Source: Mobula hypostoma
Taxonomy: Eukaryota
Reading direction: 5' to 3'
Length of the DNA stretch: 64,000 nucleotides
Assembly (NCBI RefSeq): GCF_963921235.1
Contig: NC_086097.1
Coordinates: forward strand, 135,410,001-135,474,000
A program made the position numbers and the translations under genes. The notes under the pieces are model-generated. The model was not told where the DNA came from. It saw only the letters and a program-made list of their open reading frames with translations, and did no database searches. Shown one piece after another: positions 24,918-36,240 of this stretch. Numbering within the stretch: position 1 is the first letter of the stretch; every line of letters begins with the position of its first letter.

Positions 24918-27518
24918 CTATATGTTCGAATTTTCGGCAGACATGCTTTCTGAATCCAGTTCATTAAACCCAGTCGAGCTGCACTGTGACGCACGAGCCC
25001 AGTTGCCAGTGTACTCAGACAGGACATAGTCATCTCTCTCATTTATATCGTCCACCATAGTCCAGTCTTCGTGCTCATCCTCCTCGCTGCATTGCCCGTC
25101 TCTGCTGTTGCTCTCAGACGTGTCCATAGCGTCCTCCGTTTGCTTCTCCGCGAACCAGTCCCTCACCTGCTCATAGCTCATGTTGGACTTTGACACTAAC
25201 TCATCCAGGTCTTCTTCCTTCAGCTGCCTGTGCTGCATGTAATACTGCAATAGGACCGACTTACCGCTCCGGCTTTGCGTCGAATGCGCTGCTCCACTCC
25301 AAGCACCCGCCATTTTGTGCCCTCTGCTGCCCCGTGCCCCGCTGCCATTGAAGTTACTCTGCCCATTGTGACCATCTGAATTCGCTCTTTGGTAATGGTC
25401 AAGCCATTTTAGATTGCCATTTTTAATTGCATATCTGTTGTCGCCGAACCAACGCACTATGTCATTTCGAGGCAGTCCAGTCTGCACCACTAACGTGTCA
25501 TACTGCTCCACGGTTGGCCATTGAGTGCGTGCAAATGCACTCTTCAGGATATGTAGCTGCTCCTGGCTCTTTTTATGAGTCCTGTCAATGGGACTGGTGG
25601 TTTTAATATGCTGCTGTGCTCCACTTGGAGGGGCAGTCCCAGACTTGGATAGGTAGTGTGCAGCAGACTGTGACATTTTGACGTGGACGTTTTCAGCGAT
25701 CTCTGATTTTATATTTTCTTGCTTCAGGTCGGCTCTCCTCATTTCTAGAATCCCTCCTTCTAAAGAGTCTCGCAGTTTCCTCCGCTCGGAAAACCAGGCA
25801 TCTATTTCTCTCCTGGTCAGCTTCGACTCCACCCGCAGTCTATCCTTTTCCTCGTCCGTCGGGAAGGAGCTGTTCTGGAAGCTCTCCTCCAGCACCTTCA
25901 GCTGCTCCGCGCTCTTCTCTTTGAACTTATGGGACCCAAAGTCAGAGAAGGTGCTCCATCCAGATCGGCGAGCTCCGTGGCCACCAGCAGGTTCGTGTGG
26001 GATGGTGACCGTGGTCTCAGCAGAGGTGTGACTCGAGTGTCCCTTCTGGGTTCGGTAGCGGTTGTCGCTGAACCACTTTTTAATCTCTGACCGGGAGAGC
26101 TTGGTGACCTGCATCAGCCGGAAAACCTCGTCGTCATCGGGGAACTGACTGACAGCGAAGCTGGCTTTCAGTTCCGCCATCTGCTCCTTAGTCTTCTTGC
26201 GGCTGACGCCGACGTCCACGTTTCCCGGCGAGAACAGGACCGAGTTGCCTTGCGACGCCAGCTGCGCAGTGCAGACCTGGATGACGTTCGCCTGCTTCGA
26301 ATCCGCCAGCACTTGGGAGGGCAGCATCCCCCGCTTCTGGGATTGGGCTTGACTCGAGCTGCCGGCCACGGTCAAGGTGATGGGGGAGCACGATGTCGCT
26401 GCCCCGTTTGCAACTTGAGTCAACACGATACCGGTCTGACCAACCAACTGGCACGGCACCCCCGTCTGGACAATCTGCTGCGTGCTGCCTTTGGCGGCGG
26501 CCGGCACAACGGTGATTGTTGGCGTCTGGATAGTACCGTTGAACATCATCTTCCTGGCTTCCTCCACCTCCTCGGGAGCCCAGCTGATGCCATGTTTAAG
26601 GCGTTGCGTTGAGAACCACATTTTAATTTGCTCTTCTGGATACTTCGACACTGCCGTCAGCCAGGACAGTTCTGCTTGGGTAGGGTAGGGGAATTTGTTA
26701 AAGGAGCCTATCAGGTTTTTGTTAATGTCCATTGCGGTGTTATACTTGCAGCCATGCATGGGGATCATGACTTTGGGTATTAGGTTGAAGTTTGGTGGTG
26801 GCTGTATAGAAGGCATCACATGAGCTACCCCATCCTTGATCACAGTCTCTGGAACAACCAAACCAGTGTGGACAGGGCCATTGGCGTTCTCTTCTGCCTT
26901 GCTCTCCTGCGTGGCGCCAAACTCATCTTTCACTCGTGACACCGTATTTATCCTCTTGCTGTCGACTTTGCTTTTGTTCATCTTCATGATGGGAGTTTTG
27001 CTGATGGAGATTCCGGCGGGAGGCATCTCCTCTTTATCTGCGTTCCTGCCGCTCGTGGGGTCGTCAAGGGTTTGTTCTAGAATGGTCTGGTTGTTGCGCT
27101 TTATCAACTTTAACTTGAAGCTGCTCTCTCCTGGATGATACCTACTATTGTGATCAGTAAAAGTATCATACCTTTTTGTTGTAAAGTTACATACTGCACA
27201 GACGTAAAACGGATTGAGGATGACATTCGGATGTAGGGTATCAACATGTTCTGTAAATTCATTCAAGTCCTGTGATTCAAAGGTGCAGTATTTACATTCA
27301 TAACCTCCTTCCAGCTTCTTGGTCTGGTGAGTGTCTAAGGCAGCTTTCTCCAAACCTGGATCCCCATCACTCATCCCACTCTCTGCTGGCCAGCTCCCTT
27401 CAGACAACTGGTGCGGGGACCCAGCAGCCAGCCCAATGATCTCCAAGTCTGGGTCTTGCTCTCTCACGTCTGTGGCACGAACCATGCACGGCGTTGTTGA
27501 CTTCCGTTTGCTAGCCAT
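24918..27518 (-). CDS. ZHX2: Zinc fingers and homeoboxes protein 2 (866 aa; two C2H2 fingers, five homeodomains), CDS in a single exon
   Basis: N-terminus MASKRKSTTPCMVR, fingers YECKYC...HVDTLHPNVILNP.YVCAVCNF, and HD1 FNKFPYPTQAELSWLT...RLKHGISW (ZHX2 type). Convergent with DERL1, as at human 8q24. Confidence 0.95.
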   Translation of the reverse strand: MASKRKSTTPCMVRATDVREQDPDLEIIGLAAGSPHQLSEGSWPAESGMSDGDPGLEKAALDTHQTKKLEGGYECKYCTFESQDLNEFTEHVDTLHPNVILNPFYVCAVCNFTTKRYDTFTDHNSRYHPGESSFKLKLIKRNNQTILEQTLDDPTSGRNADKEEMPPAGISISKTPIMKMNKSKVDSKRINTVSRVKDEFGATQESKAEENANGPVHTGLVVPETVIKDGVAHVMPSIQPPPNFNLIPKVMIPMHGCKYNTAMDINKNLIGSFNKFPYPTQAELSWLTAVSKYPEEQIKMWFSTQRLKHGISWAPEEVEEARKMMFNGTIQTPTITVVPAAAKGSTQQIVQTGVPCQLVGQTGIVLTQVANGAATSCSPITLTVAGSSSQAQSQKRGMLPSQVLADSKQANVIQVCTAQLASQGNSVLFSPGNVDVGVSRKKTKEQMAELKASFAVSQFPDDDEVFRLMQVTKLSRSEIKKWFSDNRYRTQKGHSSHTSAETTVTIPHEPAGGHGARRSGWSTFSDFGSHKFKEKSAEQLKVLEESFQNSSFPTDEEKDRLRVESKLTRREIDAWFSERRKLRDSLEGGILEMRRADLKQENIKSEIAENVHVKMSQSAAHYLSKSGTAPPSGAQQHIKTTSPIDRTHKKSQEQLHILKSAFARTQWPTVEQYDTLVVQTGLPRNDIVRWFGDNRYAIKNGNLKWLDHYQRANSDGHNGQSNFNGSGARGSRGHKMAGAWSGAAHSTQSRSGKSVLLQYYMQHRQLKEEDLDELVSKSNMSYEQVRDWFAEKQTEDAMDTSESNSRDGQCSEEDEHEDWTMVDDINERDDYVLSEYTGNWARASQCSSTGFNELDSESMSAENSNI

Positions 27519-27623
27519 CAGTGGCTGGGAGATAAGGGCAGCTGGCCAAGGGCCTTGCTGAAGGCCAAGGGTCTCTTGAAGGAAGCCTGTCCAGCACGAT
27601 TTCAGGTTGCGGTAGCTCTGCCT

Positions 27624-27668
27624 TTACTGACTGCCGTCAGCTCCCACTAGCACCTCGTTTGGCCGCAT
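27624..27668 (-). other. Upstream ORF (14 aa, MRPNEVLVGADGSQ*) in the ZHX2 5' UTR, in frame with the main ORF
   Basis: ATG at 27668-27666 and TAA at 27626-27624. The ATG is 150 nt upstream of the main ATG, inside the predicted exon. Confidence 0.5.
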
Positions 27669-27678
27669 CACAGTAGAA

Positions 27679-27700
27679 CTTTACCTGCAATACACAACAG
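27679..27700 (-). promoter_or_regulatory. ZHX2: Splice acceptor of the ZHX2 coding exon (exon starts at 27684)
   Basis: CTGTTGTGTATTGCAG|GTAAAG, giving 166 nt of 5' UTR in this exon. Confidence 0.6.
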
Positions 27701-28298
27701 TGATGTTGGTGTTACGTTTGTGCGGAGCAAGAACGACAGCAGAGCAGTAGGATTAAGCGTTTTTACTGAGATACGTTCGGCACAGTACAACTTACAGTGC
27801 GGGAGTCATGAGCCGAGACAAACACGTGCACTCGAAAACAAGCATCAAAGGAGAGGGCCTTCTGCGTATAGGAAGCCCAATTGATTCACCACATGAACAA
27901 TCAGCAAGCGTGTGCGTGCACACTGGTCACGTTCTTGAATTGACCTGATACGGTTCAGTTAGGTTTCTGTATTACAGTTTGCAAAATGCACAACAGTGAG
28001 AAACAGAATTGAGAAGCCGCTTACTGACACCAAGTCCAGTGAAAATCTCTAAGTTCCTGGCATCAATGGAGGCTATATGACACCAACATTTATTGAGTTC
28101 TTATGAATCGTGGTGAATTTGTTTTCATTAGTCTATCCAGCCCAGTTAAGAAATGGAAAACTTACTGCAAATTACTACATTTTGTAGTCAGTGAGTCTAT
28201 GTATAGGAGGTACGTGTCCTCAAATAAGGACTTCAGTGTTATATTTAAAAAAAATGAACTTTTCTCCATCAAAATTGATAGTCAAAAAGTTTAAATTA

Positions 28299-29657
28299 TG
28301 TTTTGGGTTTTTTGGGTTTAAAAATTTTTTTGGGTTTAATCAATTTATTTTAGCAAGTCCTATTATATCTAATTTCCTTTTTCAACCTTCCACAATGGAT
28401 CAAGCTTACTTTGATTGGAAAACCGAAGGTATAGTACGTTTTTGTGATTTATTTTTGGATAATTGTTTCATGTCTTTTGATCAACTTACTAATAAATATA
28501 ACTTACCCAGATCTCACTTTTTTAGATATCTACAGATTAGAAACTTTTAAATTACTGCTTCTCCTAATTTTCCACACTCATATCCAATGGATACTTTGGA
28601 AAAAATTTTAGATCTAAATCTCTCTCAGAAAAGTGTTGTAGCAATTATTTATAATATAGTTATGAATTTATGTCCTGATGTTTCCAATAAAATTAAAGCT
28701 GATTGGGAAAGAGAACTTAAGATTATTATACTGACTGAAAAATGGGAAAAAAATTCTTCAGTTGGTGAATTTATCCTCTGTATGTGCTAAACATAGGTTG
28801 ATACAGTTTAAAGTAGTGTACAGGGCTCATATGTCCAAAGATAAACTATCTCGTTATTATTCTCATATTAATCCAATATGTGACAGATGTCATTCCGAGA
28901 TAGCTTCTTTAACCCACATGTTTAGGTCATGTCCTTTGTTGCAAAAATATTGGAAAGATATTTTTGATATTATTTCAACGGTTTTGAATACAGACTTACA
29001 ACCTCATCCAATTACTGCTATTTTCGGATTACCAATGATAGACTCAAATTATTTAACCTCTTCAGCACGTAGGATGATTGCATTTCTTACTCTAATGGCT
29101 AGAAGATCCATTCTGCTGAATTGGAAAGAGATTAGCCCTCCTACTGTATTTCATTGGTTTTCACAAACTATGTTGTGTTTGGATTTGGAAAAAATTAGAA
29201 GTGTGGTTTATGACCCTTCCATTAAATCTGAAAAAACTTGGAGACCATTCATTCAGCATTTTCATATGATGTAATTTGACCATTTTCAAACTTATTTTAC
29301 TTCTCTGTACTGTTGGTTGAGAGGAATGGAGTCGTCGACATTAAGGTTTTCTTCTTTTCCATTTTTACGTTGTTAGAATTGCCCAAGTCTTTTTAGTTTA
29401 GTTGACTAATTCTGTTTAGTTTTTCTTCTGGGGTGGGGTTTGTTTTTTTTTCTATTTTTTTCTCTTTTTCATGATTTTTCTCCAGTTTTTTTTGTTCTGT
29501 ATTATTCATTGTTATCCTACACGATTGGGAGTTTTGTCAATTTATACTATTTGGTTTTATAATTACTCATTTTAAGTACAACTTTGTATCTCCAACTAGT
29601 ATTATTGCTATGTTATGTTTATATTTTATGAAACTAATAAAAAGATTGAAAAGGAAG
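28299..29657 (+). mobile_element. 5'-truncated L1/Tx1-clade LINE with 16-bp TSD
   Basis: ORF2 C-terminus with LIQFKVVYRAH and the CCHC motif CDRC...THMFRSC. T-rich 3' UTR and AATAAA. TSD CAAAAAGTTTAAATTA at 28283-28298 and 29658-29673. Confidence 0.9.
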
Positions 29658-30269
29658 CAAAAAGTTTAAATTACTTTAATATGTTACCAAGAGGAAAAAC
29701 TGCTCATTTTAAGTTTAAGTAGTTTACATCCTTTAACCTATAGCCAACATGTTTGACATAAACTTCGCAAATGATAGGTTGTTCAGTAGGGTTTTATGTT
29801 GAGATGTCTCAACTTCTCAGGGAAATTCAATACATTGGGGATTGGGGAGGTGGGTGGTAAGTTGGTTACAAATGAACGCAGTAGTAAAGAAAATCCTTCA
29901 GTGAGAGCAATGAAAATCGGAACTTGACCCTCAAAGGATTCCAAAGGGAATGTGGAATATATTTTGAGGAGAAGGCACACAAAGCATAGAAGGATGTGGC
30001 AACAGGCTGAGATAGGGCAGATGGTGTAAACTTAATACAATGTTTTATACATAGCAATATAACTAACGGTCCAAACAGAATATCAGCTGTGGATTAATTG
30101 TTCTGAAGTAACAGTTTCAGCTGCACTCCTGATATTTTTAAATTTGGAATTTTCTGTAATAGCAAGAACAATCAATTGCAATTGCTGTTCATTAAGCAAA
30201 TTGGTAGCAATATACTTCCCATTTATCCAGTGCCCATCTATACATTTTTTATACAGTCCTCAGGCTAAT

Positions 30270-30560
30270 GTAACTTACTTACTGGTGTTTAGGGCAGCAG
30301 TGAAGGTCCTCCATCTCTGTACAGAAGGATTCTTCATTGCTGCTTCTATATTTTTTTGTCCAGTCAGGGTTGTTGGCCCCGAGCTGAACCCCAAACCTGG
30401 AGGACTGGTGGACCACTCTTAATCTGACCTCTACCTTTTGACCTGTTTGCCATAGGTGACCCTAGCAAGAGCCAAACTCTAACTCTGACCAAGATAGCTT
30501 TCTGGGTCATTGAGGCACACAAGTCTCCAAACCCTATGGCAAGCTTGTGGTCCTCTTGGA
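30270..30560 (-). mobile_element. Bipartite non-autonomous RTE derivative (RTE 5' UTR fused to the RTE 3' end)
   Basis: Minus strand TGTGTGCCTCAATGACCC...TAGGGTCACCTATGGCAAACAGGTC resembles RTE/Expander 5' UTRs. It ends in QRWRTFTAAL plus a TAAGTAA tail. Confidence 0.65.
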
Positions 30561-31215
30561 GGAGACTAATGTAAAAGTTCCACCAATTGCTCACATGACT
30601 TGTGCCCCTGCACATATACTACAATTTACAATTACCTCTTCTGCTGGACACTGATATTTCTCAGCTCTCTCAATTGTCACAACATGAATTTTGGATATCA
30701 AAGATATATAAACCTTAGGCAAACTGGGCATGAATAAGATTGGCCAAAGGGCCCATTTCCAATGATATGTGACTCTACTATGACATTGAAGAGGGCCATT
30801 TACCCCATCAGAGCAATCCCAACAGTATCATCCAAACCTTTATACAGCCATACAGGATGTTGAAGTTGCTCTATAAATGCTTCATTGCAAGAGGGGATGG
30901 CGGGGGGTGGGGGAAGGAAGGGCAAGGAATATTGAGAAAAGCCTGGCATTGCAAAGACACAGAAGGATGTATGTGGCTAGGTTCCTCATAAGAACTTGGC
31001 TGTATCATTGTTACAGAGTTGCTGGTGACCAAAAAAAATAAGGCCAGACCCTAGGAAAAGCACTGCCTCAAGAAGGCATTGTCCAGCAAAGGCCCCACTA
31101 TCCCGACCGTGCTATCTTCCCACATCTATCATCGGGCAGGTGGTACCGAAGTCTTGTCCTACGTCACCTGGTTCAAGAGCACCATCTTCCCTTGAACCAT
31201 CTGGAGCAACCGTAA

Positions 31216-31727
31216 AGGCTGATTTATACTTGTGTGTGAAGTAACCTATGCAAGTGGCCTACGTGCGTTGCGAGCATTTATACTTGTGCGTTGGTGTGTC
31301 TGCATCACTCTGCAATTCATGCATGTCACGGATGTGCACACACCTGCCCCTGCAAGGCTTCGTGGCCATGGTAGTCTTTCTCAGGGTAAACAAGAAGCGA
31401 GTGTCTTTTTTCGTAAAAGCGAAGTGTGTCCTCCATAATTTCGGAGGTCTGTAAAGCTTTATGGAAAGCATTGCAGCCAGAATTCCTTCCCTGCCCCTCA
31501 GTCACCCAATGGGAAGCTATTGCAGCGTAGGATGAAATGCGATGCTACCAAGCAGACTAATCACAGCTGTTGTGGTCTGCGTTGCCGCGACGTGCGGTGA
31601 CATTTTGGGAGAGGTGCGCGTTGCAGCAACGCAGGCTCTCACGTAGGGTTCCGCGTCGGCTTTGCGTAGGGTTTGCAGCAACGCAGTACTTAAGGCGACG
31701 CGTTGACGCAGAAGTATAAATCAGGCT
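31216..31727. mobile_element. PIF/Harbinger-type MITE inserted in a Rex-type LINE tail
   Basis: TIRs AGGCTGATTTATACTT / AAGTATAAATCAGGCT flanked by TAA and TTA. CpG-rich interior. The host repeat continues on both sides (about 31050-31210 and 31731-31925). Confidence 0.75.
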
Positions 31728-33159
31728 TTAGCACTACCTCAGTATAGCAACACTACTTTGCACTACAGTAGACTTTTTTTGTTCTATGTTCTTCTTGCAC
31801 ATTTTTGAATAACTTGTTTAACTTCTGCTTTTCTTGTGAATGTTGTATATCCAATACCATGTGCCTGTGACGCTGCTGTAAGTTTGCCCCATTACACTTG
31901 TGCATATGACAAACTCAACTTCTTTTTAAACCCTTCCTGATCAATGACTGTCCATGAAATAGCTGTGCACATCAGACAGAAAGCTACCACTTCATAGCTC
32001 ACCCACAAGTGTCTGCCCTTTTATCCAGACGTATGGGACTGACTGTGGTTTATGCATGGAAATGAATAGGTCAAAAGTATGCACTAGGTCAAGGTTTTGA
32101 GTAGGAAAAGCAGCAAGGGGTGTCAGTAATGAATCACATTGAATAATCTTTAGCAAGGCTGGCAGACTAAGCCTTAAATCATAATCATATTTATCACTAT
32201 CTTATATGACATGAAATGTGTTGTTGTGTGGCAGCAGTACTATGCAAAAACAAAACTTACTATAAGTGTCAAAAAAGAGGAATAATGAGGTAGCGTTCAT
32301 GGGTGCTTGGACTGTTCAGATATCTGAGGTCAGAGGGGGAGAAGCTGCTTTTGATTGTTGAGTGCAAGGTAGAATTTTTAATTTATTACCCCAAATTATA
32401 CAAAAGGCAAACTAAGACAAAGGGGTTGAGTGTAAGAAAAGGAAATATAATAGCTATATTAAAGTTTCTACTAATTACTGTTGGCTGTAATTAAACGTAC
32501 TCTACCAATAATAATGGACTTACACTTGAATGGATACGTGCCAACCTTTTCTTGGCATGAATAGTGGGTTTCCAAATACTGGAATTTCAGTGCATTGATT
32601 GTTATCAGAGCAAAATATTGGTAGAACAGGGAAACCCCATACAGAAACATCCTGGGCACAGATGTGAGAAACTGCTGGCTAATTCACTGTTCACCAACGG
32701 TAGTCATTTTATCAATACTCGTACTAACGTCCCTCCTTGCAATTTTACAGAGTAAATGTGGATACAAATTTGATTATATTAGATTCTTGAGGATCAATAC
32801 CCTCCTGGTAACTAACTGGACTTCAGTTTGACTGATTTGCAGAATTCTTTAGAAGTTTGTAGACGGTAAAAAGACAATTTATTCACAACACTCTGAGAAA
32901 AAGTTCTCCCATTCCTCAACCACAACAACTGTTGTTTAGCAGAATCTAAACACTCTGAATCTTCTTGGGTACATTGTGGCACTGAACAACATCCCACAAG
33001 CAACATCGCAGTGAAACTTACGAAGATTTCATTTTCTTGCTCAATAAACTTGGAAACAAGAAACCAGTTTGTAAACACTAAAACTTGATAGACCTGTAAC
33101 CTTTGAACATATAGTAAAGGTCTTTTACTGTCAAGTGGTCCAGTATTTCCTCATGTCAC

Positions 33160-34090
33160 CTGGACAGTACACAGTTAATGGAATGACCCTTCAGTGTCAA
33201 TGGGGTCCAAGTCCATAGCTCGCTGGAAGTGGCTGCACAGGTTGACAGGGTGGTAAAGGTGGTATACGGCATGCTTGTGTTTATTAGTCCTGGGAGTGAC
33301 TTCGAGAGTCAGGAAGTTTTAGGTTGCTGCTTTATAAAACTCTGGCCAGGTCGCTTCTGGAATATTGCATTCAAATCTCGTCACCCCATTATAGAAAGGA
33401 TGAGGAAGATTTGAAGAGGCTACTGAAGAGGAGCACCAGGACCCTGCCCGAATCAGAGGGCATGTCGTATAAACAAAGGCTGGACAAACTTGGGCTATTT
33501 TCTCAGAAATGGTTACGATAATGATTTGGTTCGCACACCGCTTTACAGTAATAGAGTCCTGGGTTCGTTCCCCGCCACTGCCTGTAAGAAGTTCGTACAT
33601 TCTCCCTGTGACCTCGAGAGTTTCCTCTGGGTGCTCTAGTTTTCTCCCACAGTCCAAACATGTACTGATTGGTAGGTTAATTAGTCATTGTAAATTGTCC
33701 CGTGATTAGGCTAGAAATAGGCGACGCTAATAAAATATTAAAAATTAATAAAATGATGAGAGGCACAGACAAAGCATGTTCTTCCCCTCAGGGTTGAAAT
33801 GTCTAGTACTAGAGTGCAAAGGGGAAAAGTGTTCGAAGTAGATGCTCGGGGCAAGTTTTATTAAAAAAGAGTAGTGGCTGCCTCAACAATGCTGCCAGGG
33901 GTGATAGTGCAGGTAAATATGCTAAAGGCATTTATGGGGCTCTTAGATAGGCACATGAATATACAAAGAATGAAGGGATATGGACAACGTGTAGGCTGAA
34001 GGGATTAATTTAATTGGACCTTTAATTATGAGTTTAATTAGTTCAGCATAGCACCAATGGCCTGTTCTTGGGCTGTACTGTTTGATCTTC
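33160..34090 (+). mobile_element. CR1 3' fragment interrupted by a V-type SINE (about 33510-33715)
   Basis: AAQVDRVVKVVYGML and LYKTLARSLLEYCIQ..SPHYRKD. SINE core CTCCCACAGTCCAAA. Confidence 0.75.
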
Positions 34091-35289
34091 TAATTAAAAA
34101 CAAAAGGCAGAGAGATGTGGAATGAATGATCAGAAACTGCAGGGTTTGCAGTTTTCAGCCACTGGGTTTTCTTGGAGCTAATTTGGACTTTAGACTCCTC
34201 TGCTATGTTACATTATTTTCCAAGAGGGTAAAAGAGAAGAGGGCTTTAATTTTTAAGGTCTGGAGTCTGTAGTAGATCAGCTGGGACACAACACTGCCCT
34301 AAAGCGAACAGTCAAGTCACATAGCAGACAAAGGCTGCTTATGCTAAATTGTGGAGAATCATGACTCAGACATGTTGAGGTGACTGCCACTTCACATTTT
34401 TTCATTTTCACTGAGCACGTCACAAAAAATAACGTTCACCAAGCACACGGGTGAAATAAACTAAATGTTGTTTGAATACAAGGACATGTTCAGCAAAGCG
34501 TTCGAGATAAAGTCTACCCCTAAAGTCTTGAGGTGGTGGCGAAAGGGGAAAAAAGTTCGTAAAGGTAAGGAGCAAGTCACTGACCAAGGGGTCAACGTTC
34601 TCACTAATCTGATTTACAGCCGCGCAGACCAGCCATTACTCTGAGAAGAACATTTATACACGGCCTGAAAACGTGCAGTACTTTATAACAACATTATATG
34701 AAAGAAAATTCCAGCTGTGCAGCAAGAAAGGCCATGTGCACGGGAGCATTACAGGGAATGCTGCACCCGCAGAGTTTAGTGGCATTAGTGCAAGAGGTAT
34801 ACAAGTTTATTTGGGGATGGCACCACCGGAGCTGCAGCCAGTTTTTGTTCCCATCATGACAGCTGGGGAATTCAAATTCCAGCAATTAAATGTAGAAGTT
34901 TAGCTTTGGAAAACAACCAGTTATATTAAAAATATTCTTTTACATACAAAACCATAAGACATAAGAACAGAATTAAGCCATTCGGACCATCGAGTCTGCT
35001 CTGCCATTCCATCATGGTTGACTTATTATCCTTCTCAACCCCATTCTCCTGCATTTGACACTCGTAACCTTCGCCACCCTTACTAATCAAGAATCTAACC
35101 ACCTCCGCTTTAAATATAGCCAATAACTTGGCCTCCATAGCCGTCTTGTGACATTGAATTCCACAGATTCTCTAAAGATATAAAAATCACCCAGTTGAAC
35201 AGCACCCTTCTGAGGAGAACCTCTGTTGTGAGAACAGGGACAGGCTATAATTTAAGCTTGAGAAGTTAAAGATATAACAAGTGTAGGCA

Positions 35290-36240
35290 GGATGGTAGTT
35301 CAGTGCAGTGGAGTGCTCCTCCTGTGAGCGTGGGGTTTCAGGGTGCCTAACGATCTCCTGGATAACTAATCTACAGGAAGTGCACCCAACCTCAGCTCCT
35401 GACTGGCAAGGTCAAGGAACTGGCACTGGACCTGGAGCTGGATGCACTCAGGACCATCTCGGAGGATGAAAACTTCACAGACGAGTCTTTCACTAGGGTA
35501 GTCACACCCAAACAGCAGGCTTCAGACTGTCGGTGGGCAAACTCCAGGAGAAGCAGGGGAAGTAAGCAGCCAGTGCAGGGTTCTCTTGTGGGCATCGCTC
35601 TTTGAACACTGCTGAATTTGACCCATGAGGGCACAGGAACAGCAACCAAGCCAGAGACACTGTAGTTGGCTCTGAAGCTCAGCGGGGAAGGGTCAAGTCA
35701 GGCAGAGTGGTAGCGACGGAAGTTTTGGTAGTGAGGAGGATGGACAGCAGATTCTGTGGCTGCAAATGAGAAGCCAGGTTGATGTGCTGCCACCCGGGTG
35801 CTAGGGTCCAAGACGTCTCAGAGCGGCTGCTGAAGACTCCCAAGCGGGAAGGTGAGCAGCCAGATGTGGCGTTGCACATTGGCACCAATGACGTAGGTAG
35901 AGAGGGGAAACAGTGAGTACAGGGAGTTAGGGAAGAGGTTGAAGAGCAGGACTTCCAAGGTTGTAATCTCAGGATTAATCCCAGTACCACATGCTAGTCA
36001 GGGCAAGAATAGTATGATACAGATGAATGAATGACTGAGGAAGTGGTGCAGGGAGCAGGGTTTCAGATTTCTGGATCACTGAAATCCCTTCTAGAAAGTT
36101 ACAACCTGTACACAGGAATGGGTTACACCTGAACCAGAGGGGTTTCATATCCTTGCAGGCAGGTTTGCCTGTTTAAACTAAGCTGGTAAGGGGATGGGAA
36201 CTGGAGTGATAGGGCTGAGGATGGAGCAGTTGGTTTACAA
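35290..36240 (+). mobile_element. Old CR1 ORF1 remnant (Zn-finger/coiled coil plus SGNH esterase)
   Basis: ELDALRTISEDENFTDESF, CCHPGARVQDVSE and LHIGTND motifs with stops. Confidence 0.75.

Noticed and set aside
25220..27561. Several alternative-frame and antisense ORFs over ZHX2
   Set aside because: Expected by-products of a GC-rich coding exon, with no independent support.
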